A DNA stretch of 63,780 bases, the filler included, from Bigelowiella natans CCMP2755 (taxonomy: Eukaryota > Protista > Cercozoa): the NCBI GenBank assembly GCA_000320545.1. It is 8 parts of 8 records of this genome, joined end to end, with 100 filler letters (N's around TTAATTAATTAA, not from the genome) between each part and the next. Parts side by side here need not be neighbours in the genome. Positions count along the whole stretch, not along the records: positions 23,776 to 38,677 come from ADNK01001380.1; positions 38,778 to 44,050 come from ADNK01002577.1; 6 more parts are not named here. One strand, written 5' to 3'. Within the stretch, counting starts at the first letter, position 1. Each line of letters starts with the position of its first letter. The notes under the pieces were generated by a model that saw only the letters and a list, made by a program, of their open reading frames with translations, was not told the origin of the DNA and ran no database searches. A program made the position numbers and the translations under genes. Below, piece by piece: positions 27,589 through 40,776 of the stretch.

Positions 27589-30378
27589 ATGACATCCTCC
27601 TACAAATCCGAGGGCAAGAAGGGAAGGAAGAGGGGCCAGGCTGGGGAAGGAAATATAGTACCGCGTGGGTTCCTTTCTCCTTCCTGCATACCCGTGCCAT
27701 TGGGTGAGCCGCCACGCCCTCCCAATGCATTCGAGCTGTTCTTTCGCGCAGAAGCCCAGGAGGAGCAGAAAGAAGACTCGAAACTTGGAGGATCTGGCAC
27801 GGCCATCAAGGAGGCAATCAGCGCAACTACCAGTTCTCTTGGGAATTCAAATGTCGATAAGCTGAAGAGGGAGAAGTCGTGGAGACGCTGGATTGATAGC
27901 GGCGAGGATGTCCGTGCACCCTTCCTGGCTAAGGCCAAAAAGCTGAAGAAGGAATACCAGGGGGTGGTTAAGCGTATCCGCGAGGAGAGGTGTAGCTTGT
28001 CGCATGGGCTTTTCGGACCAAATCGAATGAGTGGGGAGTATAGAAAGATGGATATGAAACTTTATCTTCCCGCGTTGCCTGCAGCTGATAGCGTGAGGAA
28101 TTGCCTTCGTCAGTATCTCTCCATCCCTGTGGAGCTTCGAGACAGCCGCGACTGGCTCGCAAGCGGGGATAAAGAAGAAAAGAGTACCGGGGTGCTTCCC
28201 GTCGCAGCGGTAGCTGACCTCATTGTTACTTACGCCACTGAGAGCAAGCTGATCGAAAACGAGACAAAGCACACCGTATACGAATCTACACAGTCCGCAT
28301 GTCTTGACTACTACTACCACGTCATCCCAGAGAGGGAGCGGGAAGTTAGGTCCAGCAAGACATTCCATAAGGCAGTGACGGCTTCTCATCACTCGGAGAA
28401 GATGGCTGCCGCATGGAAGGAATCACCGGAGCTTGCACTTCGACTGTTTTTCCACACAGGAGCAGCACGCGAGGGCAGACAAGATCCATTCAATTTCTAC
28501 CACGCGTGTATGTGGCTGCTTAAGTACCAGCCAGCGACGTTACTAGCAAATCTTGGCGCTGTACCGGACATATGTTACTTTAAGGCACTACTCGAGATCG
28601 TTGCGCGGGCGTGCGAGGGCGAGAAGCTGAGCTTTGCCCGCGACAATGCGTTCCAGAGAAAACTGGCGGCAAACTCAACGACAGACCCACCTCGGTTAAG
28701 GTTCCGTGCGGGTGGACGGAAGGCACAGGAAGCTCGTGCTTTGCGAAAATGGGACGGCGATCTTTTGTATCGTGGGCTGCACTCAGCCGTGGCCGAGATC
28801 TTTGCGCGGCGCCTCCGCAGCGATTTCGCAAAGATAGATGTTGCCGAGCGCCAGAACCGTAAGGCGAACGGACTCTCCCTCGCTGCCAAGTGGTGCCCCT
28901 CCCGCAATTCCTCCTACGACAAAAGGACGCTCATTTTTGAGGCGATTGCGCGACGCGTCTTTCCGAATCAGGAAGAGGAGAAGAGCAAGAAGACAGAAAA
29001 CGACAGCAAGGGCGACGATAGGAGCTACGCTGAGGCTGCATGTCGCCGTCTTGTAAAGGCCCTCGCGCGAGCACGCAAGCATATGAAGGTGGTAGAGAGG
29101 CAAATGTCGGATAGGGCCTGGGGTGAAATAAAGTACGAGAGTGTGCCCTCCCAGTGCATGCACAAGAACGCCTCGCGGTTCCGGCATCACGACAATGAGC
29201 GACTGACAGCGTTCCTCAACGACGCGAGCAAGGCTAAGAAGATAAAGTCCCAGTCCATGCTGCCCGATCAGCTTGTGGTGCGCGCGGTGAGAGGAGCGAA
29301 CGAGGAGGAAAAGAAAGTGGCGCAGCTCCAGTGGGACGCGATGATCGAGAGGCTGAGAAAGGAAGGCCCTTCCGAGCTTCGGAACACACTAGCCATGATT
29401 GACCCTTGCATGGATGGCAGCATTGCGCTGGCACTTCTCTTCTCCGAGCTCAACGAGGGCGCGTACAAGGGCCAAGTGATATCCTTCGAGCGGCGCCCCA
29501 GCCGCCACACAATCAATGGCGAGGGGTTGCTGCAGCGGTACAACTCGATGCGGCAGGTGCCATATTCCAGCATACAGATTGACGAGGCGATGGAGCAGAT
29601 ACTACTCTGGGCTGAGGCGGAGGGAGAAGCTGCCGTCCCCTCACGCCTCTTCATCTTCTCCTGCCAGAACTTCACACAGGTAGCACAGGGATGGAACGGC
29701 CGATATGAGCGGAAGTTTAAGGCCGCAGGATTCACCATGCCCTCTGTCGTCTTTTGGAGCACACAAGCGAGGCGGGGAGTTCCTGCCATCGCGACAGAGA
29801 GCCACTGCACCGTTTGCTCTGGGTTTTCGCCAAGCCTGTTGAAGCGACTTCTTAAGGGAGCCCCTCTTAATCCCCTCCAAGCCATGTTGGATGAAGTGAA
29901 TCGGCCGCCTTTCGAGCAGCTGCGTGTGATTCGAGATAGGGAGGAGGCCCTGCAAATCATATCATCGTTGGCAGCCGGGGCGGAGAATGGCAATGCAGCA
30001 GCTGCAGTGGGAGTAGTCGACGTGATCGAGGACAGGGAACATGAAGGTGTATCGTACCGTGTGAGCGGGAAATCTGGCGCGATTTTCGACGAACGAGGGA
30101 GGCAAGTCGGCAGCTGGAAGGAGGGGGAGGACAGCCCGCAACTGACCTGTGTGCCTTGCGACGATGAAGAAAAGGAGGAAGAGGACAACAAGGACCAGAA
30201 AAATGCTACAACACAGTCTTCGCCAATGGAGTACATCTCGGGCTTGATAGGGAACATGATTGGTTGGAGAAGGGATGCGGGAGGAAGAAGTGGTGGAAGA
30301 AGACAGGGAGGCCGGAGAGGAGGAGGAAGGCGACGAGGTGGAGGAAGAGGAAGGCGACGAAGAGGAGGAAGAACATGA
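27589..30378 (+). CDS. Intronless HMG-box-like + DUF2828 (TROVE-like/vWA) protein with C-terminal RGG tail
   Basis: HMG-like PPRPPNAFELFFR...WRRW...RAPFLAKAKKLKKEY. DUF2828 motifs AWKESPELALRLFFH, SLAAKWCPS, VVERQMSDRAWGEIKYESVPS, VAQLQWDAM, MPSVVFW and SGFSPSLLK. First ATG at 27589 (the listed 27550 is TTG). Confidence 0.85.
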   Translation: MTSSYKSEGKKGRKRGQAGEGNIVPRGFLSPSCIPVPLGEPPRPPNAFELFFRAEAQEEQKEDSKLGGSGTAIKEAISATTSSLGNSNVDKLKREKSWRRWIDSGEDVRAPFLAKAKKLKKEYQGVVKRIREERCSLSHGLFGPNRMSGEYRKMDMKLYLPALPAADSVRNCLRQYLSIPVELRDSRDWLASGDKEEKSTGVLPVAAVADLIVTYATESKLIENETKHTVYESTQSACLDYYYHVIPEREREVRSSKTFHKAVTASHHSEKMAAAWKESPELALRLFFHTGAAREGRQDPFNFYHACMWLLKYQPATLLANLGAVPDICYFKALLEIVARACEGEKLSFARDNAFQRKLAANSTTDPPRLRFRAGGRKAQEARALRKWDGDLLYRGLHSAVAEIFARRLRSDFAKIDVAERQNRKANGLSLAAKWCPSRNSSYDKRTLIFEAIARRVFPNQEEEKSKKTENDSKGDDRSYAEAACRRLVKALARARKHMKVVERQMSDRAWGEIKYESVPSQCMHKNASRFRHHDNERLTAFLNDASKAKKIKSQSMLPDQLVVRAVRGANEEEKKVAQLQWDAMIERLRKEGPSELRNTLAMIDPCMDGSIALALLFSELNEGAYKGQVISFERRPSRHTINGEGLLQRYNSMRQVPYSSIQIDEAMEQILLWAEAEGEAAVPSRLFIFSCQNFTQVAQGWNGRYERKFKAAGFTMPSVVFWSTQARRGVPAIATESHCTVCSGFSPSLLKRLLKGAPLNPLQAMLDEVNRPPFEQLRVIRDREEALQIISSLAAGAENGNAAAAVGVVDVIEDREHEGVSYRVSGKSGAIFDERGRQVGSWKEGEDSPQLTCVPCDDEEKEEEDNKDQKNATTQSSPMEYISGLIGNMIGWRRDAGGRSGGRRQGGRRGGGRRRGGGRGRRRRGGRT

Positions 30379-31070
30379 GGGCTTAACGAGACAGAACCAC
30401 CATTGACTGTCTCTTCATTGGCACACATAATGATAAGTTGTGATGATTTTATTGAAAATGTATTTTATGTATTTTTATCAATTCCAGCATGCTCAGAGCT
30501 AGAGAGTATTACATCTAGACATGCCTGCTTGAAAGCTTTGCTGTCAGTCTAGCAGTGTTAGCACGTATTGTTTGCTTGGACAAGCCTATCTAGCTATGCG
30601 ACTCGCATCTAGCAACAAGCTAGCGTAGCATGCATGCAAGTACGCAAGTACACGTTGTAACATGTCTAGATGTGCGCGCATGGGTGCATGTTGAGATCAT
30701 TGCGTGAAAAAAGCATTGCAAATATAGAAATGATGCTAAGTGGGAACATGCTGCCTCTATAAGAGCGCTTGATCTACTGCTGGGGAAAATGCAATAAATA
30801 GTTTTGTCATCATCGACACTATCCTGTTTGGCGCAGCTAGCTTCGCTTGTGACATGTTACTCATAGGAAGCGATTAGTATTAATTTTGGGCGCTCATTGC
30901 GCGAATTTTCTCACAGATCTAGAGATTATTCGTTATTTGGTGGGAGCATCTGCACATGGCACTCAATCTCAAGGTCAATTTATTATTTCGCTTCTCATAA
31001 ATTATTGGCATCAATAAGATCAATTAATGAGTCAGCAGTGAGACTGTAACGTCTACTCCTGCTCCTCCCC

Positions 31071-31108
<38 letters not shown>

Positions 31109-31110
<2 letters not shown>

Positions 31111-31423
31111 ATGTAGCGGCGGAGAGAAAACTAGAATCGAGGCTTGCCGTCCCTAAACGTGGCTTGAACGAATCCATCGGCATGGAATTGTACAAGCTAA
31201 TGCAGTCCAGAACCCACATCAGCGACAACGCCTCTAATCCCCTTTCCTGGAATATCGCCTCTGCTTCTTCCTGAGTGACATCCGGGGAGCACACAAGCAC
31301 ACCCTTCTTGTGCTCGTTGGATAACAGCACTTTTCCGCCCCCTTGTACGATCAACTCATACAAAACCTCGCGGCTAGGGAGATTGGGGGGGTAACCTTAA
31401 AGTGGAAAGAACAGATGCAATCA

Positions 31424-31459
<36 letters not shown>

Positions 31460-32300
31460 TATATAACGCGCAATCACATTCACACGTGCAAGTATTCTAC
31501 GTCCAGCCGAAAATGTGTACTGATTTTTTATATTTCGCGAAAGCAAGTATTTTTCTCCCGTCAATTTGTGTCTCCACTATCCACGTTGTGTTCATTTGTG
31601 ATGTGCATTGTGCACACACGAGACGTATGCTCATCATCACCATAGATCATCATCATCATTATCATCATCACCATCATCATCACCACCATTACTGTCTATC
31701 TTAAGAATGTTGTTTCATGCATGAGGGTTGAAGAGGTTCCATCTGGCGATGCAGTGGAGGACAATATTACTGTCTAGGAGGTGGAAGGACAAGCCTTCGA
31801 AGAGCTTCGGAGCTGGCGATGTGTTTGTTGAATGCGCCCTGGCAAGGCGGGCACGTCGGGGGGCGTACGTGATGTTGTGCGATGTGTCGCCTGAGATCTC
31901 GAACTGCTCCTCGTCCACCCATCGCTGATGGTAGTACCAAAGGCCAAACCACAAAGCAACCAGAAAAGCTTAGATAGGAAGGGAGAGGAAGGACACACAC
32001 ACTCTCACACTCACACTCACACCCACACTCACACCCGCACACACTCTCTTCACGGGGATCACCTGCTCAGAGAGGCATCGCTCCGCCCATTGGAAGCTGA
32101 CAATCCACTTTGCGCCGACGATAGCGTACATATACTTCATAGTGCGCTTGCTCAGGGGGCAGATTTTCCCGGTCTTGTCGTCGAAGTCGTCTTCCGTGCC
32201 AGTGATGAGGTGCGTTACCTGCGGGGCAAACTTCCTGCATAACAGCCCACCCAAGCTCTTGCACAGCCGCTTTAACCGCTATTCGTTCGATCGAGCAGAG

Positions 32301-32339
<39 letters not shown>

Positions 32340-32744
32340 AGAGAGAGAGAGAGGGGGGGGGGGGGGGGGGGGGGGGAGAGATGGCAAACAAATGTATTAG
32401 TATGCGTGTGTTAGATGTACACACTTCTAAGATTCCTACTGAAGTGGCAATTCCACCCTACTACTCTTGCACGATTTTGCAAGCGATTACCTGATACTGT
32501 GGCTTGCTGACACCGCTGGCCACGATGATTCTCCTATAACTCTTGCTCTCATTCGGCTTCTTCCCTCCTGCTGTGGTCCTCTTTGTGTAACGTTTCTCGG
32601 CCTTGCTACTACTACCTAGCTCCCGACCAAAAGATGACGAGTACACATTTGTGTTTTCATCCACACTTCGTCTACTCTGTTGCAGCGCATTCCCGTTCTT
32701 ATTGAGCGGCGATGAGGACTTACGGACAGCATTGTGGGTGTTCA

Positions 32745-32781
<37 letters not shown>

Positions 32782-34429
32782 ACATCCAGCTTTAGTCTTT
32801 ATCTTCTTCTGAGACGATAATCCAGATGTCGACGTCACATCCAGAGCGGGTGGCGCGGGGGGTGTGAACAATGCAGCATTTGACCGTCGCCCTTGATCCC
32901 AACTCCCCATCCCTGAGGTTCGAGGGCGTTTTCGGGAGCCGCTGCTGCCTGTGCTGTTGCTGGTAGAGCTGCTGCTGGCGGTGCTGATACTGCGGCTATT
33001 ACTGCAAAATTTATCCCCCCTCTCAAATACCGTACTGGGAGGAGCCGTTCGGTCTTTCGAGGTGGGCCTTGGGGTATGGTAACCTGGCTGCGTAGTGGTT
33101 GATGATGGTGAGCATCCAGCAGCAGCCGAACCCTCTTCAGTCTTCATGTGTTCAAGACACTGCTGGGGTTTAGGGGGCGATATTAGGGACGTGCTGCTCT
33201 CTCGCGAAGTGCTATCGTTGCAAACTCTACGTTTACTATTGCTATTGGTGCTACTGCTACTGCTTGTGTTGTCAGTAGGAGTTCCACTTTTATCGCGCTC
33301 CCTGCTTGCGTTATCTTCGGTCTCATCGCCAGCGAGATCGGAAAATGAAGGTGGTGGCTGAGTATTAAGTGCTTGCGAGTTTAGATCGTCCTGAGACAGC
33401 ACTAGCCCCACGTTGGAATCCTCACGGCGCACTTTTTGGGACCGATGTAATATAGGATGAGCCAAATTGGTGTTTTTTGAATCGCTCTTTGCATGGAGAT
33501 TCTCGCGGCCATCTCGCTTTTCATTTCCTGGATTCTGCATTTCTCTGTTGATCTCATTTGTTGGGGTTTTGCTTGGTATAACAGCTGCAGGAAGTGACTC
33601 GACCTTTTGTTCTTGTTCCACTACCCTTTCGTCATCACCATTTCCCGAATTCATAGGAGAGTCGCAATGTTCGCCAGCTTCCCCCTCTTTACTATCTGCT
33701 GAATGTTGTAACTTTCTTTTGGGGGAGGGACGTTTTTTACGCGCAGATCGAGTTCTAGATCTTGAAGAGGAGGATAAATCTTTCTTATTCGCTGATTGTT
33801 TCCTTTTCTTGCTTGTCTTGGGGGTTGCCTTCTTTGCGGGTTTACAGTTTTTATCCGAATCACTTTTGCTATGCTCCTGATCATGATAGGGTGATATTTG
33901 TATCCAATCAAGATGCTGAAGAAAGAAAGACTTACGGTAGGCTGAATGCTATTCGCCGAATAGTCATCGAAAGCGGCACGAAATCTTGTGTACACGGCGG
34001 TCTGAAAGGCAGAGTGTCAACAGTATTGAATGTTCGAGTACTATTTGAAGGTCATACCATGTTTGCGATTTGAAAGTTTGGTATTGGATCCTTCCGCCAG
34101 AAAGGGACTTTACAGACAGCGCAAAGCATCTGAGGATCAGGTACCGAATCCAGACAGGTTCTGGAAACAAACCATTGCTATTTATTCAATTCCAAAATGA
34201 TATCACTGATTTTTTACCGGCAGAAGTTATGATGGCAGGGAAGACTTTGTGCATCCTTCAGAATATTTGAGCTGAAACAAATGAAACTTTAAGGAAACTG
34301 TTTCATGATTAAAAAAAACATTGAATACCAAATTCCACATCGCAAAGCCTCTTCAAGCCCATCAACATACTTCCGCAGAATGTGATCGTTATTATTTGCC
34401 ACACGTGATGGGAAAAGTGATGAATTCAT
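31109..34429 (-). CDS. BRCA1/BARD1-like protein: N-terminal RING, low-complexity linker, tandem BRCT
   Basis: Spliced 5' exons give MNSSLF...LEEALRCGIC / NILKDAQSLPCHHNFCR / TCLDSVPDPQMLCAVCKVPFWRKDPIPNFQIANM (C3HC4 RING). BRCT exons: VTHLITG...RTMKYMYAIVGAKWIVSFQW, DEEQFEISGD...PRRAR...PKLFEGLSF, WVLDCIS. No ankyrin repeats seen, so BRCA1-like. Confidence 0.85.
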
Positions 34430-35280
34430 CCTGAGAAGGCTAAGGACCGATTACAAATATGATACCAGCCGCTTCGAAGCGGCCTGGAGGGTCTTCTTCC
34501 ACGATGGGTGGAGGGGGCAAGCACAATCCAGACTAGAGGTGGGAACGCGTGACACTCTTTGCACAGTATTGCTGTACAAATTTGGCATACGACACCAATA
34601 TTTATTTGTCGTAAGTATTTCCCAAATGGCATTAAGTATCTGGAGACGTGTGTTCCTTTTTTGAGGAAGCCTTTCCCGCGTCTATCGCTGCCCAACTCAA
34701 TCCCATTACCAATTTAAAAACAAAATGAATCGCATTTTTATACTACGACCTCGTAGTGAAGCACGGACTATACCTTTCTCGGCACCCGGGGGATTCGGCG
34801 AAAGAGTGCCTGTGTACGACAAGGCGAAAATTTGTTTCAAGATCGAATGCCCCTGGAATCGAACTTCTAGGTTAATTTCGTATGTCCGTAGCTCCGATTC
34901 CCGATTAAGACTTTAGACATTCCACTGGATCTCATGGAGCCTACGTTTAATTAGTAACGACAAAATAAATGTAAGTCATAAGCATAATTACTGTTGCATT
35001 TCGTTCAGAAGGACTCTATATCTGCTATTGATGTCTGGAGTTTGATTTAATCACCAGAAAAGAAACAAGAAGGACCCTTCCCGACCTTTCCCTTTTCCAA
35101 TAAATGACAGGAGGGTGGATGTCGTAGTATAAAATATTACGACACCCATGGAAACATATTCTTCCCACTTTCTCACCCATATTCTTAAAACTGCAAGGTT
35201 CGCAATCCCCCACCCCTTTGCTGTGGAGTTTGAGGGAATAATCGGCACAATATTTTCCTTCAGGGAAGTTCACAGGGGCA

Positions 35281-37396
35281 ATGTCGTTTGTGAATCTTGG
35301 CGAGGCAGACTTCCTCGCTGACTTTGCAGACCTGCTCAAGGATTTCGATGAGTCAAGGACCGACGAGGTCGTATGAGCGTGGCTCTTCATGTGTTTCGTG
35401 CTGGTGGATGTGTTGTACGTTTTTGGCGAATGGGCACGTTTTCGGTCCAATTAAAGCAATATTCCAGTGAAAGGGGGACATTTTGTAGAATTTGTGGGTG
35501 ACAGATTAATCAACAGATCCATCACAACAAAAGTTTTCATCCTCCGAGAGCTTGCTAGTCCAATTTCGGCATAGCAAGTTTGGAGTTTCCATTGAAAGAT
35601 ATATTGGTTCATTGCTTTTTATTTCAAGTTTCTAATAACATGTTTCTCCTTCTCCGTTATGTTACTAATCACAGCTTGCCAAGATGGCAGAAAACAAGTC
35701 AGGCCAAGGCGACCTGGTAAGAGGCACTTGCTTGATTACCTCCTCAATTTCGGCTTTTCCCGCTCTACCACCATCTTGTAGAATCGTAATTCATTATTAT
35801 GATTTTCTTTTCCACTCCCCCACCCCACCCCCCCTCCCCAGATCACAAAAGGCTACGTTTCCCTACTTCCTAAGATCTTGGAAAATGGAAAGAAATCAGG
35901 TTAGAACGAATCCGTGAGAGATAAAAGGATTCTAAGCAATGGCAGACATTAGATGTTGAAATTGCAAATAACATGAAAAATATCCATTGGAATTGCATTG
36001 AAAATCCTCTTTGTATTAGCGATTGAGACGTCGACGGCCATGGCCATAGCGGTAGCCTCGCAGATGGATAGCAAAGACCGAGGTGCAGCTGCTGATGCCA
36101 TCAAGACCGCGCTCCTTGAAAACGAATCGAAGATCGATCCGCTGACTCTTCTTTCTCAACTAACAAGCCTATTTAACCTCGTCGAGGATGCGGCTTCCAA
36201 GTACCAGATTTTCATGGCAATGGGTAACCGTGCCAAGGCTGCAAATTCAACCGGGTGGATGCTAGACAAGTCCATTCTAGATCGCCTTGATAACTTCAAG
36301 CCAGAATGGGGATTGACCCCTGACGAGTTTTCGGAGCTCCTGCTCATGATGGTGAGTGTAGCATTGACTGACAGCTAGTTTGGGGCAGGGAGTTGCGGCA
36401 GAGGGGAGTGTTTTTTGTGAGTTCGATATATTGCCTTTATGAAATGGAGTTGTTTGCCCTTTAAATTTTTAACATTTTCTTGGTGGTTGCAGCTGAAGCT
36501 CTGCCAGGCCTCCTCGGGAAAGGATGCTGAGTTTGGAGAGCTATTGCTTAAGTACCTAGCCTCGCTTGACGGGGGAGAGGAGAGCAAGCAGATTGTCTGC
36601 GACGCTCAAGTCAAAGAGTGGACCATCACTGCGGTGGTAAATACGTTCACAGCGCCCTTTGAGATGGCGAATAGAATGCGCAGAATGGCGAGTTTAGGAG
36701 CTGTCAAAACTCTTTCCACCACAAAAGACGGACCGCTAGTCGACCTGCTTTCGATCTACGTCGACGAAGACTTCAAGCGGTATCTGGAATTCGCAGCGAA
36801 GAAGGAAAACCTGGAATACATGGAGTCCCGGGGCATTGCACACGAGGAGAACGTAAACCACTTCCGCGTGTTTGCAGCTTGCAAACTCCCGCTTGGCGAG
36901 TACACTTATGAGGCCATGCAAAAGGTAGAAGCGAACAACCACTCGAAGTACAGTATCTATGGTCCCAGCGGCAACATATATTCACAACCAACGTGTGTGC
37001 GCACACACGCACACAAAACCATACACATTAAAGAAATCATGTCCTCAGTGCTAATAATCGCGCTCAGTCACCAATCTCACCTAGCACCCGCCTATCCACC
37101 ATCATGGCGGAAAGAGCCTATCTCTGAAACAATTACTAACACCACAGGTTCTGCAAGTTCCAAATAAGGAAGACATCGAAGGTGCTGTGATTGGCCTTGT
37201 TCTAACGAAGAAAGTGGACGCACGCATCGACCAAGCACGCGAATGCATACACATCCGACACACAGCACAGCGCGAATTTCGGGACGCACAGTGGTCCCAG
37301 CTCGGGAAACAGCTGGGAAAATGGAAGGAAGGTGTCAAGGGCGTCCTCACTTCGCTATACAAAGCCCGACAACAGCAGAAACAAACGCAAATGTAG
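35281..37396 (+). CDS. EIF3M: Eukaryotic translation initiation factor 3 subunit M (PCI domain)
   Basis: Probable start MSFVNLGEADFLADF. Internal LLSQLTSLFNL, LLLKYLAS and LVDLLSIYVDE. C-terminal VDARIDQARECIHIRHTAQREFRDAQWSQLGKQLGKWKEGV matches the eIF3m pattern. Confidence 0.8.
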
Positions 37397-37715
37397 ACGA
37401 AATGATGATGGCTCATGGGTATTAGTAGTAGATGAGTCTCGTGTCGCAATTGGCGAGCTGCTATTGTAATGTGTGTATGTATTTTCAGGCATCACTGCGC
37501 AGTGTGTATTGAATGCATCATACTGCTTGGCTGCAGTCCATGAGTGGATCTGTGCGTTGTGCAGCACATCTAGACATGCAGGCATGGAAGTTTGCATGCT
37601 ACATCGTCAGAGCATTCATTTGCGCCACTAGCCAGTAATCAACAGATAACAACACAGCAAACAACGACATAAACAATCACGACTAGACTACACACACCGC
37701 ACCGTTGTTCACATT

Positions 37716-37751
<36 letters not shown>

Positions 37752-37842
37752 CTCTGCAGCGTGGACATGTCTATCTCTAGCTAGATGCACATGTGTGTGC
37801 CTGCGCTGACCGGCGCCATGTGCAGTTCTAGAATTGCGCGAT

Positions 37843-38168
37843 TGTTGCGCGTAAGGTGTTCACAGGCCGAGGCGCTACGTGCACAAGTAGGCAGGGGGGG
37901 GGAAAGGCACGTTTGCTTCCTTTTGAAGAGTTGTGTTTATTTTTATTAAAGATTATATTTTTATTAAATCGTGCACTGCGTAATCATTCGCGAAGCTTTC
38001 GCGAATGCCGCCGCACGTGGGGCAGCACACTTCCGGTGTGCTGCCATGAGTCCCGCCGGAACCCACGTGCCTATGCTGTATTAATATCTACGTTATCTAT
38101 ATTCTATATCCGCGACAACCCCTTTGTTGTCGCACGTGACTTGTGCCCGCGTAGTGGTACGCGCTACA
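37843..38168 (-). mobile_element. 326-bp LTR (3' LTR of element on minus strand)
   Basis: TG...CA ends with 10/11-bp terminal inverted repeats. Near-identical reverse complement of 43004-43329. On the minus strand it is preceded by the polypurine tract GGGGGAGG. Confidence 0.9.
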
Positions 38169-38219
38169 CCTCCCCCAAGTCACGTTGCTCCTTCCTTCCT
38201 TCCTTATTCCCTTAGACCT

Positions 38220-38677
38220 TCATCGCTTTCGGAACTTCACCAACCACCAGGTAATAGATTCCTCTCTAACCTTATCTCCTTTGTCGCTTACCCAGAACTC
38301 ACCTTCGTCCTTAGGTTCGTGTCCATACCAGCCCTCTGCATCAAGGTCCCCCAGGACCTTATACCAGTGCTCAAAGGGTAAGTCGGGAACAGCTAGGTAG
38401 AGTAGCTGATATTTTCCGTCCTTTATTTTCATAGCTACCCTCTCCATATTTCGTAATCCAGGGTAGCCTAGATAGACAATCTTCATGCGCCAATCGTCGT
38501 TCACCCTGACCTTATTGTTTCCATATTCCACATCGAACTTAGGTCGGGGTCCTAAACAAGGCATTGCTCGCTCCCACACAGTAGGGTTTACTTTAACATC
38601 CTCTAGGAGCTTCTCACCGATATCATAATTCTTTAGGTGACTGATGTGGCGCAAGGTGACCCTGTTCCCATCATAGA
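38220..38677 (-). mobile_element. 3' end of Ty3/gypsy-like pol (post-integrase region)
   Basis: VTLRHISHLKNY resembles the gypsy integrase C-terminal H.S.LK.Y motif. The ORF ends just upstream of the PPT and LTR and is cut by the spacer. Confidence 0.6.
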
Positions 38678-39125
38678 NNNNNNNNNNNNNNNNNNNNNNN
38701 NNNNNNNNNNNNNNNNNNNNNTTAATTAATTAANNNNNNNNNNNNNNNNNNNNNNNNNNNNNNNNNNNNNNNNNNNNTGTCCTTTCCCTTCTGCGTGTGG
38801 GGTCCCTTCGTTTCCTTGTACGTCCAAATATGAGCTTAGAACCCCCTGCGGACATCTTTGTGAGAGCCCCCTCTTCATTCAAACCGGAACAGGCCACGCG
38901 CGGCGAGCGGGGTGGGACCCCGACGCACTCACACACAATGAGTTACCCCTCACTCTTAACTCTCTCTCTCTCACTCTCATATACTTGATATATGTATATA
39001 CATATACATATATCGCGAGGGCCGGTGGCAGATAGAAATAGAAAGATACAGTGTATTTCTAAGAAAAAATAAATACATATATTCTCCCACACCCACAACC
39101 TGATATATAGCACCCCCACCCCCAT

Positions 39126-39197
<72 letters not shown>

Positions 39198-39395
39198 CGT
39201 ATTATCTTACATGCTTTCTCTGCTGGTTAAACACTGATAAATTTCATTTTATTGGCGAAAACTTTCCCTTTCATCTTCTCTTCTCTCGACTCTCCCCTCC
39301 CATTCTCTTCTCTCCGTGAACCCCTGCAAAAAAGGTCATATGGGGAGAATAACGTGTCCTCGAGGTAATGCTCTCTATCAATAAGATCCGCAACA

Positions 39396-39445
<50 letters not shown>

Positions 39446-39501
39446 GCGTTTCCCTAAGTTTTTAACTGTTTTCCGCAGCTCTAAAAGTCGTCCACAGGAA
39501 C

Positions 39502-39894
39502 ATGGAGATTTCGCCTCCACCCTACCGGCTCACAGGTGATTCATTGCAGAGGAAAGAGTTTGTTGCGCTGCGAGCCACCACCACCATCTATACACGCGAG
39601 GAATGCATCGCTGGAGGCGAAGGGGTAGGCAGGCAGGGGAGCGGGATGAAACGCAGTGTGGAAATCAGCTGTTTTTGCGTATCAATACACAGAAACCACA
39701 ACGTTGTTGTCGAGACGGACGAGAGGTTGGGCTTCGATGAGAAAGGTGAACATGCCGAAGGACTGATTACTTGCGCGATATGCTACTACATATTTAGTCG
39801 TCGGGTGGCGTTTCCTATCGGAAATATCCAAAAGATACTGACGTTTTGCGCGCATCTTATTTGTTTTCCCCCGCCCCCTCCCCCCTCCCCCCTT

Positions 39895-39938
<44 letters not shown>

Positions 39939-40689
39939 CTAATTATAATAACAAAAAAAGATTGACGTAATCAGAATAGATAATGTCGATGATGTTGATG
40001 TTGATGATGATGATGGATAACAAACTACCAGAGATCATCGACCAAGAGCCGCTCCCCCGAAAGGAGGAAGAAATTGAGGGAAATAGCGACGAAGAAGGAG
40101 AGATCACCCTCGCTCCGAACGACTTCGGTACTAAGATTCTGAAGAAAATTTATCACAATCTAACTCCTTCACTACTTAATACATTCGCTCATTCATCGTT
40201 TGGTTCGTTTTGTGCTGGGTACGTGTTGGCATCGAAAGACGAAGAAAAGACGGTTCTTCTGAAAAGAAAACGGTTTCAACACCACGCGGAGTTCCTCGGG
40301 TATGGAGGTCTCTTCTGGCTGATAACGGGATTCGGACTTATGGTGGGGAGCAATGACTTCATTACAAGAGGAGGGGGGGGGGGGGGGTATGATGGTCATA
40401 GGAGAAGTTTGCTACGATGGCACACATTATTGTGAAATGTAAGCGGCTTGCTATCCTGATGTCCGGTTTTTGTTATATATTGTGATGCTACTGCTGGTGA
40501 TGGTGGTGGTTGCGTGGGCTTGCTTTTATCCCCCACGACGGCGGTCGATTAGTTTCTCTCCGTTGCTATGTTCGTGGGTATGGACAACCCAGATCAATAC
40601 CCGCGGTTCAAGACCGGTGAGCGCCCGTTGTCTTTCTTGATGAAGAGCGTGTGCACTCACGATCATATAAATAATATCGACAATAGTGT

Positions 40690-40776
<87 letters not shown>

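Noticed and set aside
26549-27592. 347-aa plus-strand ORF (likewise 29268-30428 on minus)
   Set aside because: Antisense shadow of XPO4 exons/promoter and of the DUF2828 gene. No domain signal.
37856-38215. Duplicated ORF FTGRGATCTSRQ... (also 42804-43346)
   Set aside because: Antisense translation of the two LTR copies.
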